Assembly (NCBI GenBank): GCA_021772635.1
Contig: JAJFLP010000075.1
Location: 750-64,749, forward strand
Direction of reading: 5' to 3'
Source of the DNA: Verrucomicrobiota bacterium
GTDB taxonomy: Bacteria; Verrucomicrobiota; Lentisphaeria; JABSQK01; JAJFLO01
DNA length: 64,000 bases
Below are positions 17,941-27,245 of the stretch, in pieces; the stretch's first letter is position 1; each line of letters opens with the position of its first letter. The notes beneath the pieces were generated by a model that was not told the DNA's origin, searched no databases, and saw only the letters and a list, made by a program, of their open reading frames with translations. Both the position numbers and the translations under genes were made by a program.

Positions 17941-17996
17941 GAGCAGTTTGCATTTTCACCTGCTACCCTATGGGAATTGATCCGTGTACTCTTTTT

Positions 17997-18150
17997 TCGA
18001 AATCGAAATCGAAATCGAAATCGGGATCGTTCCTCCTTGTTCCTTGGCTATAAGCAACTGACTCGCACGAAAACTAAACAACGATTCGTCGTCGCCAAGG
18101 CTATGTCGCAACAGGTTTTCGATAGCGATTTCGATTTCGACTCCGATTGG
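17997..18150. repeat. Inverted pair of 6-mer arrays (ATCGAA / TTCGAT)
   Basis: cgaaatcgaaatcgaaatcgaaatcggg and ttcgatagcgatttcgatttcgactccgat. Confidence 0.75.
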
Positions 18151-18210
18151 TCGTCCCACGGGCTCTTCTTCGATGGGATGGTTGTGATCCGCTTCTCAAC
18201 TTCGTGCAGC

Positions 18211-18312
18211 TCCTGACTGCGTGGGTGTTTTTTTACTCAGGTGCCGGCCGAGCTACTTTTGACTCACCAGATCAACACGAATCGGCTATTTCAGCGCAGA
18301 AACTAGGCTATT
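18211..18312 (+). repeat. Truncated copy of the TIR element at 56964-57098
   Basis: Shares tcctgactgcgt.ggtgtttttttactcag...gagctacttttgactc.ccagatcaacacgaatcggctatttcag with 57001-57086. Confidence 0.8.
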
Positions 18313-18482
18313 CCATGCCCTGCGACGTATGTCGAATTGGAGATTGAAACCCGCAATGGAATTCGAGAATAGTTTCCCACAAGTTATTAACAGGCGGGGA
18401 TTAAAAGTTATTAACAGGATAGCTTAACTCTCTGCGCTGTAATACCTAACAAGCCTCAGGAATCAATATTCCGGACATACAA

Positions 18483-18510
18483 AGTATACATAAGATATAT
18501 TATGCGACGT
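18483..18510 (-). other. Candidate dif (XerCD) site
   Basis: Minus strand ACGTCGCATAA-TATATC-TTATGTATACT, 11-6-11 layout, versus E. coli dif GGTGCGCATAA-TGTATA-TTATGTTAAAT. Confidence 0.6.
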
Positions 18511-18885
18511 GCAATTCGGTAATAAATTAGTTAGAGGTATGCTTGCGGGTGAATTTTGGCGGGGTTAATAAAACGGGCTACGTATTTCTACTTACAGAGT
18601 CTCTCTAAAAAAAAGCTGCTCTCTGGTGAGACCTTTTCGGAAAGGCTTTATCTAGACCCTGTTCGAAAAGGTAGCGCGGCCCGCATTGGGTGGTAGTGCA
18701 TGCCGATCCAAGGCGAAGATGCCCGGTATCCGTCCCAATCCTTTGGGCGCGGCCTCCTTCGCCGAGTTTTCGCTATTTTGATGTGAATCCGATGCTTTGG
18801 CATCGAATATCTCACCAAAATAGCGAAAAAATCATCCGAAATAGGCAGGCGTGCGGACCACGGATACCTTTCGAACCGGATCTAT

Positions 18886-19536
18886 CTAATCCATGGATGG
18901 ACTTTTATACTCGAAGGAATAGCCTCTGGTCTCTTCAGAATTAGGCAACAGACACCCGATCGTTTCGTATACTCCGACAAATACCCGGCTCGGGTAATAC
19001 CAAAGTCGCTTACTGTAGGGTTGGTAATAAAGTCTTTTTTTCATGACAAAAGGGATTCGAACCGGGAAATCCAGCACGATTCCGGCAATATTGCGAACCC
19101 CGCGTTTAAATTTTGCACTAATTGGTACGTGTAGTGAATTGAAAGGAATATCGTGAAAAAGGCCTTTGTCATAGGCGTATTCGCCGTCAAATGGAACGCC
19201 AATGCCATAATTATCTTCCGGGTTAGCAGTCCAGAAACCAGCCAGTTGGTAAGCGCCCATATAAGTCCGTCCGAGCGTAAAAGTCACACCTCTCGAGAAT
19301 CCCCATACGGTTCCAACGGTTCTTGAAACTGCTGGCCGACCTTCATCAATATAAAAACTCCGATCATACCCCTTTTTGATCTGCATAGGGAGCTCTACCC
19401 ATCCGGTAATAATATTGACAAAGCCAAATGTTCCTTTGTCTGCCATTCCGTTTAGTACACTTTCGTCTGCACCATACAGGTTAAATCCGACCACGATTAA
19501 GAAGAAGGTAGTTATCTTTAGGCTTCGCAGCGTCAT
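18886..19536 (-). CDS. Secreted protein with two TIGR04073-like (exosortase-associated) repeats
   Basis: Signal peptide; DKGTFGFVNIITGWVELP and a second unit KFKRGVRNIAGIVLDFP. Confidence 0.55.
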   Translation of the reverse strand: MTLRSLKITTFFLIVVGFNLYGADESVLNGMADKGTFGFVNIITGWVELPMQIKKGYDRSFYIDEGRPAVSRTVGTVWGFSRGVTFTLGRTYMGAYQLAGFWTANPEDNYGIGVPFDGEYAYDKGLFHDIPFNSLHVPISAKFKRGVRNIAGIVLDFPVRIPFVMKKRLYYQPYSKRLWYYPSRVFVGVYETIGCLLPNSEETRGYSFEYKSPSMD

Positions 19537-19712
19537 GAGACATCCTTACTATGTTAGAGGCTTAAGGTTTCCGCCGTCGCTCAAACTAATACTCGTAGTT
19601 AAGGCGAGACAGGCACGGGTCACGGTTCCGGGGTTAAGTTAAAAAGCTGAGAAGCTTGTCTTCACGCGGTTTCGTAATAATTTAGGCACATCCATCTGGA
19701 TCTGGCGTTTAG

Positions 19713-19804
19713 TATACCGAACGTCTTCAGGTTTTCGAATTATCGTCCGGCATCCTATACGTGGATATTTCAAGTCGTCCAAGAATTGTACCGCTTGCGG
19801 TATA
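19713..19804 (+). mobile_element. 92-bp MITE-like element, family A
   Basis: TATACC...GGTATA ends with internal TACCGC-TT-GCGGTA hairpin; homologous to 38943-39034 (minus). Confidence 0.75.
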
Positions 19805-19891
19805 GTATACCCTTGAATAATTGGATAATATACTGATCGCCTTGGAGTTTTCGACCCGTAGTTCTGCTGTCAAGCAGAACTGCGAGGTTTA

Positions 19892-19992
19892 TATGCCGAA
19901 CGTCTTCATCCCGCATACGGGACGAAATATTGTTCGATATCCCTTGGGTAATGGATTCAAAGTCGGCCGAAAATTGTACTGCTTGCAGTATA
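19892..19992 (+). mobile_element. Family A element, second nearby copy
   Basis: gccgaacgtcttc...aagtcggccgaaaattgTACTGCTTGCAGTAta. Confidence 0.6.
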
Positions 19993-20080
19993 AATATCGT
20001 TCGGAATCTCTTCCTTAATAAATAAAAGTCAATATAAGTTTGACTGCCTGCAGTCTAACATAATAATTCGTACTTTTCTA

Positions 20081-20959
20081 ATGTCTTCCATCATAAATAC
20101 ATCGAGAATTGCTATCGTAGGCCTTGGACAGCTCGGCGGGTCACTGGTAAAACGCATCCACGAGATTTCCTGCACCGGGCTTTACGCGGTATCCCGGAAC
20201 AAGGCCAGCATCCAGGAGTTGATCGATCAGGAGATCATTGATGCGGCGAGCACAGATGCAGAGGATGTTCTTCCGGTCGCTGACATAACCTTTATCTGTC
20301 TTCCGCTCACAGCGTCTGTGGAATTTGTAAGAGAGAATCTCAAGCATTTTCGCCCGGGCAGCATTGTTACGGACGTGGGGAGTGTCAAAGGCGCTATTGT
20401 TCGTGACTTGCGTGGTATGCTGGTAGAGAACGGCGTTTACTTCATTGGTGGACATCCGATGGCAGGTTCAGAGAAATCGGGATTAGCGAACAGCCGGTCT
20501 GACTTGTACAAAGATACGATTGTATTCTTAACGCCCACCCCTGAAGACGAGCCGATGGCGATAGATCTGCTTCGTGATTTTTGGCGGGACATCGGAGCTT
20601 GCCCAATTGAGGTGGGCGCGGATGTGCACGATAAGGCACTTTCACGATGTAGTCATGTATTGCATTTAATGGCGGCATCCGCAGTAAAGCTTGTTTTAGA
20701 AAGTGGCGACACGGAGACCCAGAGAATCGCATGCGCCGGCGGCTTTCGGGATCTGACAAGAATCGCGATGAGTGACCCGGAAATGTGGACAGATATTGCG
20801 CGATGCAACCAGGAGCAAGTCGCTGAAGCCCTCGGAGCGTTACAAGCTGAGATCGGCAATGTTCAGACGATGCTGGCAAATAATAACTGGGAAGCTATCT
20901 CAACCTATCTAAAATCAGCTAAAGCCCTTCGGGAAGACTGGCAAAATAGCAAGTACTAG
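20081..20959 (+). CDS. tyrA: Prephenate/arogenate dehydrogenase
   Basis: IVGLGQLGGS, TDVGSVK, GGHPMAGSE, HD..L...SH, GGFRDLTRIA. Confidence 0.9.
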   Translation: MSSIINTSRIAIVGLGQLGGSLVKRIHEISCTGLYAVSRNKASIQELIDQEIIDAASTDAEDVLPVADITFICLPLTASVEFVRENLKHFRPGSIVTDVGSVKGAIVRDLRGMLVENGVYFIGGHPMAGSEKSGLANSRSDLYKDTIVFLTPTPEDEPMAIDLLRDFWRDIGACPIEVGADVHDKALSRCSHVLHLMAASAVKLVLESGDTETQRIACAGGFRDLTRIAMSDPEMWTDIARCNQEQVAEALGALQAEIGNVQTMLANNNWEAISTYLKSAKALREDWQNSKY

Positions 20960-20980
20960 TGCAAAGAGAAGAGAAGGTAT

Positions 20981-21409
20981 ATGTCAGAAGACAGTAATTA
21001 CGTAAAAAACTTATCGTTGCTGAAGACGAGCAAGGCAGAGTATCCACAAACGCCGGACGCTGCGATTCTGGAAACATTCGACAATCGATTCGGTTGCCGT
21101 GACTATTGGGTCACATTCGACTGTCCAGAGTTTACTGCGCGATGCCCGGTCACGGATCAGCCGGACTTTGGATCTATCACGATTCGGTACGTCCCGGATA
21201 GGAAGTGTATCGAAAGCAAATCCTTGAAATTTTATCTATACGCTTTTCGAAACCATAACACCTTTCAGGAAGAGGCTGTAAATCGAATTCTGGAGGACCT
21301 GGTCGCTGCCTGCTCACCACGAGAGGCAATCGTTGAGGGGACCTTCAAGCCAAGAGGTGGAATCGGGATTTCGGTAACTGCGACACATAATAATGACTCT
21401 GCTCAATGA
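20981..21409 (+). CDS. queF: NADPH-dependent preQ0 reductase (short type)
   Basis: EFTARCPVTDQPDFG, CIESKSLKFYL, PRGGI. Confidence 0.95.
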   Translation: MSEDSNYVKNLSLLKTSKAEYPQTPDAAILETFDNRFGCRDYWVTFDCPEFTARCPVTDQPDFGSITIRYVPDRKCIESKSLKFYLYAFRNHNTFQEEAVNRILEDLVAACSPREAIVEGTFKPRGGIGISVTATHNNDSAQ

Positions 21410-22232
21410 CGTACTGAATGACGCTCGACGCTATCTTGAGGAACGCGAGATTACAGATGCGGACTCCGACAGCGGATGGTTGATTGCAGATATACTGGGG
21501 CTTCATCGAGCAGAATTATTCTGTTACCCCAAGCGTCCCGTATCCGACTCTGAGCAACAGAGGATTGCCGGTTTTCTCAAGCGCCGCGGACTTGGGGAGC
21601 CCGTTCAATATATAATAGGTTCTACGACATTCTTTAACAGCGAAATCCTTGTCGGCCCGGGCGTTCTCATTCCGAGGCCGGAAACTGAGGTTCTGGTCGA
21701 GATCGGGTTGCGGCTATATGAGGGTAAAGGTGACATCCTTGATGTTTGCACCGGATCCGGCGCAATCGTCTTTGCCTTAGCCGCAGAACTCCCCGGCTGC
21801 CCTGCCCTTGTAGGCACTGATATTTCCAAGGCCGCGTTGTCGTGGGCGCAAAAGAATTTGGGCCGGATTCGTGATAAACGGTTGGCGTTCCTCGAGGGAA
21901 ATTTATTCGAGCCGGTTGGCGGCCGAAAATTCAACTTAATTACTGCGAATCCACCCTATGTGTCAGCCTCAGAATATAACGAACTACCAAGTAACATACG
22001 CGATCATGAGCCGAGGGAAGCATTGCATTCGGCTTTGGGTGGATTACAGGTGTTTACCAGCATAGCAGACGAAGGTCGCCGCCATCTAAACCGCGGCGGC
22101 TGGTTAGTGTGTGAAATCGGCGAAGCACAAGGCCGTAGAGCTTTGGAAATTTGTGGGGCCAGTGCCTGGCGGAATTGCGAAGTAGTCAAAGATCTTAATG
22201 GGAAAGACCGTATTGTTATAGCCCAGAACTGA
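21393..22232 (+). CDS. prmC: Release factor glutamine methyltransferase
   Basis: GEPVQYIIG, LIPRPETE, LDVCTGSGAI, ANPPYV. Confidence 0.95.
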   Translation: MTLLNDVLNDARRYLEEREITDADSDSGWLIADILGLHRAELFCYPKRPVSDSEQQRIAGFLKRRGLGEPVQYIIGSTTFFNSEILVGPGVLIPRPETEVLVEIGLRLYEGKGDILDVCTGSGAIVFALAAELPGCPALVGTDISKAALSWAQKNLGRIRDKRLAFLEGNLFEPVGGRKFNLITANPPYVSASEYNELPSNIRDHEPREALHSALGGLQVFTSIADEGRRHLNRGGWLVCEIGEAQGRRALEICGASAWRNCEVVKDLNGKDRIVIAQN

Positions 22233-22262
22233 TCGCCCTCACCTACTTCGGCCGTTTTCACC

Positions 22263-22461
22263 TAGTGTGGTGTCCCATAACGCATCGTCGTTTCACGCCA
22301 ATGTCTGCTGAACGCCAAAAGACGCTCGCTTTTGCAGTTGCGAAAGATACGTGCGGCCCCGGGGGCGATTCAACGACGGATCCACGCCCTATAAGTTTAG
22401 TAACTCCACGGATTTCGAAGACTGTTTTCTGGTAACTGTGGCGAAGGTGATCGCTACACTG
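22263..22461. mobile_element. IS-end-like remnant
   Basis: tagtgtggtgtcccataa ... gatcgctacactg imperfect inverted ends; related end tagtgtagcgtcccacaa at 30329-30346. Confidence 0.35.
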
Positions 22462-22503
22462 AAAGAATAAATTCCCTCAATAATTAAAGCATAGACGCCG
22501 TCC

Positions 22504-23328
22504 ATGAAACTAACCTCGACATCAGAATTCGTTCATCGAATCGTATTCATAGTCTTAGTAGCACTCTCGTCTCCAACTCTGATCGCTGATGTAACGCAAC
22601 CGGAACTATCCACGTCGAAAACAGCCGATACTGACGAGAAAATCGGTCACGTCGAACGTAAACTCATGGAAAAGATCTCGATCCTGGAAAACCGATTGGC
22701 TGAACAAGAAAAAAGGCTTCGAAAGATAGAGAAGCAAACCGAGATCAGGGACAAGACAGCGTTGGAGAGAGAAGCAGCGTTAGTACTTCGTTCAATCGCT
22801 TCGTCAGTAAAGAAAGCGGATTTTTCCACCGCCAGAAAACAACTTGCAACCCTGATGAAAGAGTATGGGGCAACGCAGGCGATGTCACGAGCGTATCGTT
22901 ATCAGCGGGAGTTTTTAGCGATCGGGAAAGATGCTCCCAAAGATTTTCGCGTCGAGAAATGGTTTCAAGGCGAGCACGAACCGAATCTGACTGGAGATCA
23001 CGTTTCGGTTCTATTTTTCTGGGAAGTCTGGTGTCCGCATTGCCGTCGTGAGATGCCGAAGATCGATGATCTGTATCTCAACAATAAAGCCGACGGCCTG
23101 AATGTTATTGCTATTACAAAGGTAAATAAATCTGCGACCGACGAGAAGGTTGAAGAATTCATCGGCAACGAGGGGATTCAGGTTCCGATACTGAAAGAAG
23201 ATGGTTCGCTTAGCCGGGGCTTTTTCGTTTCCGGGGTTCCCGCAGCCGCTGTCGTCAAGGGCGGAAAAATAATCTGGCGCGGGCACCCGATGATGCTATC
23301 GGAAGCACTGGTAAAAAGCTGGTTATAA
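22504..23328 (+). CDS. Exported TlpA-like thiol-disulfide oxidoreductase with N-terminal coiled coil
   Basis: Signal/TM segment, coiled coil, FFWEVWCPHC, cis-Pro GVP. Confidence 0.8.
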   Translation: MKLTSTSEFVHRIVFIVLVALSSPTLIADVTQPELSTSKTADTDEKIGHVERKLMEKISILENRLAEQEKRLRKIEKQTEIRDKTALEREAALVLRSIASSVKKADFSTARKQLATLMKEYGATQAMSRAYRYQREFLAIGKDAPKDFRVEKWFQGEHEPNLTGDHVSVLFFWEVWCPHCRREMPKIDDLYLNNKADGLNVIAITKVNKSATDEKVEEFIGNEGIQVPILKEDGSLSRGFFVSGVPAAAVVKGGKIIWRGHPMMLSEALVKSWL

Positions 23329-23512
23329 CGAACAAATCTGTATGACTCCTTCTGGTCAACGCCAATAAAAAAATGGAAAGCGAATTCTTTAGCAAAGTTC
23401 CCAAAAAAATCACTGGCTTCCAGTCTGTAACCGTTTGACAATGATTTGATAGTGATTATCGTTTATACCCTTTCTGAAAATCCCCGAAACATCAACGGAT
23501 AGGATTTAATAC

Positions 23513-23588
23513 GACCCCATCGTCTAGAGGCCTAGGACACCGGGTTTTCATCCCGGCAACACGGGTTCGACTCCCGTTGGGGTCACCA
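23513..23588 (+). tRNA. tRNA-Glu(TTC)
   Basis: GACCCCA..GTCTAGAGGCCTAGGAC..CCGGG-TTTTCAT-CCCGG..ACGGG-TTCGACT-CCCGT-TGGGGTC-ACCA, 76 nt. Confidence 0.97.
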
Positions 23589-23606
23589 TTTTCGCGGCGC
23601 TCGCAG

Positions 23607-24095
23607 TCAGAGTTTATCATCTGTTTCGAGTAAACCGCAGAGAATACTGACTGCCGATGATTCTAACTCTATTACGCTCCGAATTGCCCGCACAACGTTA
23701 ACATCAACTCCCAACTGCTGCGCCGTGCATTCTACCGCCAACTTCTCCTCGTTGTGGTATTGCCCGTCCGCACCCGAAGCTTTAATCGAATCGTATAAGA
23801 GTGCGCGCACGCAGTTGCCGGAAATATTGGCGGATTTCAATCGCGTTACCAATTCGAAAAGATCTGCGTGACGCCAATCGAATCCTGATATCTGTTTTAC
23901 GATTTCATCTGAACCGCCCAAGCTTACGACCTTATCTACGACATACTCCATCTCTTCCTCGGTGACCTTTCCGTCCGCGCCAGCGATCGTTAACACTGCG
24001 GATGCATAGGTTATCAGTATTTCGTCACTAAACTTTTCTGTACTATCCAGAACATTTGCGTGTCCTGTTAGTTCAATCGTCTTAATCTCACCCAT
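23607..24095 (-). CDS. TerB-family protein
   Basis: Duplicated A.ADG....EE motif (IAGADGKVTEEE; SGADGQYHNEE); start MGEIKT. Confidence 0.75.
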   Translation of the reverse strand: MGEIKTIELTGHANVLDSTEKFSDEILITYASAVLTIAGADGKVTEEEMEYVVDKVVSLGGSDEIVKQISGFDWRHADLFELVTRLKSANISGNCVRALLYDSIKASGADGQYHNEEKLAVECTAQQLGVDVNVVRAIRSVIELESSAVSILCGLLETDDKL

Positions 24096-24240
24096 ATTTC
24101 TGCCCCGATTTAGATAGACCACAAGCAATCGAATTTTCGATCCGTCAATTACGAAAGACACTCGAAAATATTTCCACGGAACTCTATTCTACCCGAATTA
24201 TCGCTACAATGCAACGAATATCACATGAGCATCAATGAAT

Positions 24241-24669
24241 TTATATTTCACGATACCCGAGTACAACCAAGACGCAAGGACCATTGGCGATAACCCGCAT
24301 TCCATTATCTTCAGCCGACCGAATTGCGCCCGCACTTTCTGCCCCGGGCTGCATCCAAATATTGATTGCCCCGATGACTTTACACTCTTCAACGATCCGT
24401 TCTGTTACACTTGGCGGAGTAATAATAGAGACACTTAGAACTCTTTCAGGCAGTGAGGTTAAGTCAGGATACGCGCGGCACCCTTCTATTTGATTATCAA
24501 GCGGATGAATAGGATACGCCTGATACCCGTTCTGGAGATAGCAGCGCAGTACTTTGTTGCCGTATTTGTCTCGATTCGCCGACGCACCGACCACCGCAAA
24601 TGGCGGTCCATCAGCCAGAAAGACTTCTATTTTCTCCTTATCAGTCACTCCCCTCCCCCCCCCCTCCAA
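24241..24669 (-). CDS. CoA-binding protein (YccU-like)
   Basis: AVVGASANRDKYG, IWMQPGA, GPCVLV. Confidence 0.85.
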   Translation of the reverse strand: MEGGGRGVTDKEKIEVFLADGPPFAVVGASANRDKYGNKVLRCYLQNGYQAYPIHPLDNQIEGCRAYPDLTSLPERVLSVSIITPPSVTERIVEECKVIGAINIWMQPGAESAGAIRSAEDNGMRVIANGPCVLVVLGYREI

Positions 24670-24760
24670 AATATCAACGCCTGCTCCTCATTTCTGGATG
24701 CAGGATAAAAGTTTTTGTTGTGAAACTCTAAATAAGCGCGAGTACGAATACCTTTTTCTC

Positions 24761-27058
24761 TCACAGCCAATTGCCGATCAGTAAATAGGGGCCCCAATAC
24801 GCCGGATGCCGGAAACGTCGCTGAGAAAGAACGCTTTTTTGTGCGCTTTGAAGGGCTTTCGCTTTTGAAATACCTGGATCCTTTTGAAGTTGGCGATAGA
24901 ACTCGGTTATTACCAATTTCGTCGCTTCGTCGCTGACGTACCATAATGTCGCGATAGCGCCCCGCGCTCCGGATTTCACCGCTATCCCCGCGAGTCCAAG
25001 CGCAGACCTCTCATCACCCACAGCCGTCCGGCAAGCGCTGAGTGTTAACAACTCAATTGGGTTATCACGAAATTGCCCGAGTTTTATCAAAGACTCAAGC
25101 TCATCCATTGTTATTTTCTTGTCATGTGCCAGCAGATAAGTTTTTTTGGGGTTGCGGTCAAATTCCGCGTGCGTGGCGAAGTGAACGATCCCATAGGGGA
25201 TATTTCTTAGAGCGTTGTAAACGTTTGTTGCCGTAAAGTCTTCGTCCATCAGCAAATCGCCCGTGAGCACATCGTTGATCGATTTCAACTCCTCCGGAAC
25301 GCTCGGTAATGCCGCGTGCCCCTGTACACTTTTGGAAAGACCGCCCAGCAGAGTCTTTAAATTGTCGCGGTCAATCGGCTTCGGGTCAGTGAGTTTGAGA
25401 CCCGGCGTGGTGGCGATCGCAAACTTTTGGATGAGATAATTCTCGCCGTCATGTAAGGTTGGGAACGGGATCAATCTTAGAACACCATCGGGAATTATCA
25501 CCAAAGTATCTACGTTCTGCGCCTTTAGTTCTTCTTCGAGTGGCCCGATGATCCAGCTATAGAGCTTTTGAGCCGCGTACATGTAGCGTTTGGAAGAGCG
25601 TTTTTGCAGTTCTTTTCTAAACGCGAGAACTTCGGTTTTTACGGCATCAGCGTCGACGTCGACACTGAATCGAAGAATATTGTCTTGAGAAATAAGTAAT
25701 GTCACTAACTTATTTTTCAGGATTATGGGATAAACGATCGAGGCATCGACGTTTTGTTGATCCAACCGTATCTGCTGCGCCTGGAGTGCAGCAACACATT
25801 GATCTTGAAAATAGTTCTCGAGTTCCGCAGTTTTGAGTAGTTCTACGGTGTCCAACGCGCGCCGGAGAAAATGCTGTTCAGTGGTCTCCTGGTCAGCAAT
25901 AATAGACTGTCCGATATAAATACTCGCCAGTTCGTAGTACACAGGCTTCACCTTTCGCTCAAACGATTCAGGCAGGTGCCGAACACCTACCGTGAGTTCG
26001 TTGCGAATCGGGGTCAACGTGGCAATCGCGTTACTATACGCTGCGATCGCCTCATCCGTTCTTCCCGTGGCTCTAAGTAATCGCCCGGATTGCCAGTACC
26101 ATTGATACAGGATCTCCGGATTATCCCCCTGAGAAGCCGCAAATAACGCGATATTAGTCAGCTGAAACGCCTCATTATATCTTCCGTCGATCTCGTATAG
26201 GTGGGCCAGATATCCGTTTGCGTAGGATCTGAGGCGCGCGTTAGGAAGCTGCAACGCAATCCTATCTGCCGCACTGAACGAGCTCGCGGCCAATGATTTC
26301 AGCTTCCGCGTTTCCACGTCGCCGACCCCGCTCTTGTAAATTTCAAATGCCTGCAGGCCAACGGATAAGAGCAGTGACGCTTTCATATAGTTATTCGGGA
26401 CCGATTTCAGGAATTGAGCGGAATCGACCACCGCCGTCGTTGCCAGATCCAGGTCTCCGGCGTTCAAAGCTGCGATTGCAAGATTGAGGAGAACGGTCGC
26501 AATGAACTCCGAGTTATCCAGCTCTCGAGCGAGAGCGACAGATTCGCGGTAACACTCCATCGCCAACGGCCAGTCATCGACGACCATCGCAATATTACCT
26601 GAGTTATTCAGCGCAAGGGACAGAAGGTTTTCATCCCCAAAATTCCGCGCCTCGTTCAGAACGAAATTTCCGATTTTACTCCCTTCGTCATGCCGTCCCG
26701 TAGCAATAAAGAAATCGGCCAGTCTAACAAGCACCAGAAGGTAATGGCCGGCATCTGCTAAGCCCTCGCCAATGGTGCGCGCTTCATTCAAGGAGGAATA
26801 TGTTTTTTCGTGGTGTCCCAGATTCTGGTGTGCAGATGCTTTTAGTAGTAACCCGTCGCATTTCTTGTTGGGGTCGGATTCCAGCGGTAAATTTTTATCC
26901 AGAATTCTGATGGTCGCGGCAAAATTACCGGCGGTATCCAGTTCTTGAGCTTCGACCAGCCAATCTCCGTTTGCCTCCGCGACGACAGGTGTAGCTGTAG
27001 AAAACACCATCGAAGTAAGAAAGGCAGCCATCCATGGCCAAAAACATCTGGTAATCAT
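24761..27058 (-). CDS. TPR + CHAT (caspase-like) domain protein, probably exported
   Basis: TPR-like repeats; IIPDGVLRLIPF, VHFATHA (His) and LTLSACRTA (Cys), PAYWGPY; signal-like N-terminus MITRCFW. Confidence 0.9.
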   Translation of the reverse strand: MITRCFWPWMAAFLTSMVFSTATPVVAEANGDWLVEAQELDTAGNFAATIRILDKNLPLESDPNKKCDGLLLKASAHQNLGHHEKTYSSLNEARTIGEGLADAGHYLLVLVRLADFFIATGRHDEGSKIGNFVLNEARNFGDENLLSLALNNSGNIAMVVDDWPLAMECYRESVALARELDNSEFIATVLLNLAIAALNAGDLDLATTAVVDSAQFLKSVPNNYMKASLLLSVGLQAFEIYKSGVGDVETRKLKSLAASSFSAADRIALQLPNARLRSYANGYLAHLYEIDGRYNEAFQLTNIALFAASQGDNPEILYQWYWQSGRLLRATGRTDEAIAAYSNAIATLTPIRNELTVGVRHLPESFERKVKPVYYELASIYIGQSIIADQETTEQHFLRRALDTVELLKTAELENYFQDQCVAALQAQQIRLDQQNVDASIVYPIILKNKLVTLLISQDNILRFSVDVDADAVKTEVLAFRKELQKRSSKRYMYAAQKLYSWIIGPLEEELKAQNVDTLVIIPDGVLRLIPFPTLHDGENYLIQKFAIATTPGLKLTDPKPIDRDNLKTLLGGLSKSVQGHAALPSVPEELKSINDVLTGDLLMDEDFTATNVYNALRNIPYGIVHFATHAEFDRNPKKTYLLAHDKKITMDELESLIKLGQFRDNPIELLTLSACRTAVGDERSALGLAGIAVKSGARGAIATLWYVSDEATKLVITEFYRQLQKDPGISKAKALQSAQKSVLSQRRFRHPAYWGPYLLIGNWL

Positions 27059-27245
27059 TACGCCCACACCTGCGGTGGCTTTCGATATAGACAGCAAGCA
27101 GTGGAATTTTCGAGGATCTCTTGTCACGGCAGGCAAAGATTTTGAAAAACTTGTCGACGTGAGTCGCGCTCTATAACGTCGCGCACGCGAAAACCTGACT
27201 GGAGTTGGTATAACAGAGGGGCAGTTCAGCATCTCTCGAATGTCC

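Noticed and set aside
18370-18560. oriC with DnaA boxes (tttcccaca, ttattaaca)
   Set aside because: Poor matches to TTATCCACA and no dnaA/dnaN nearby; the dif-like reading fits better
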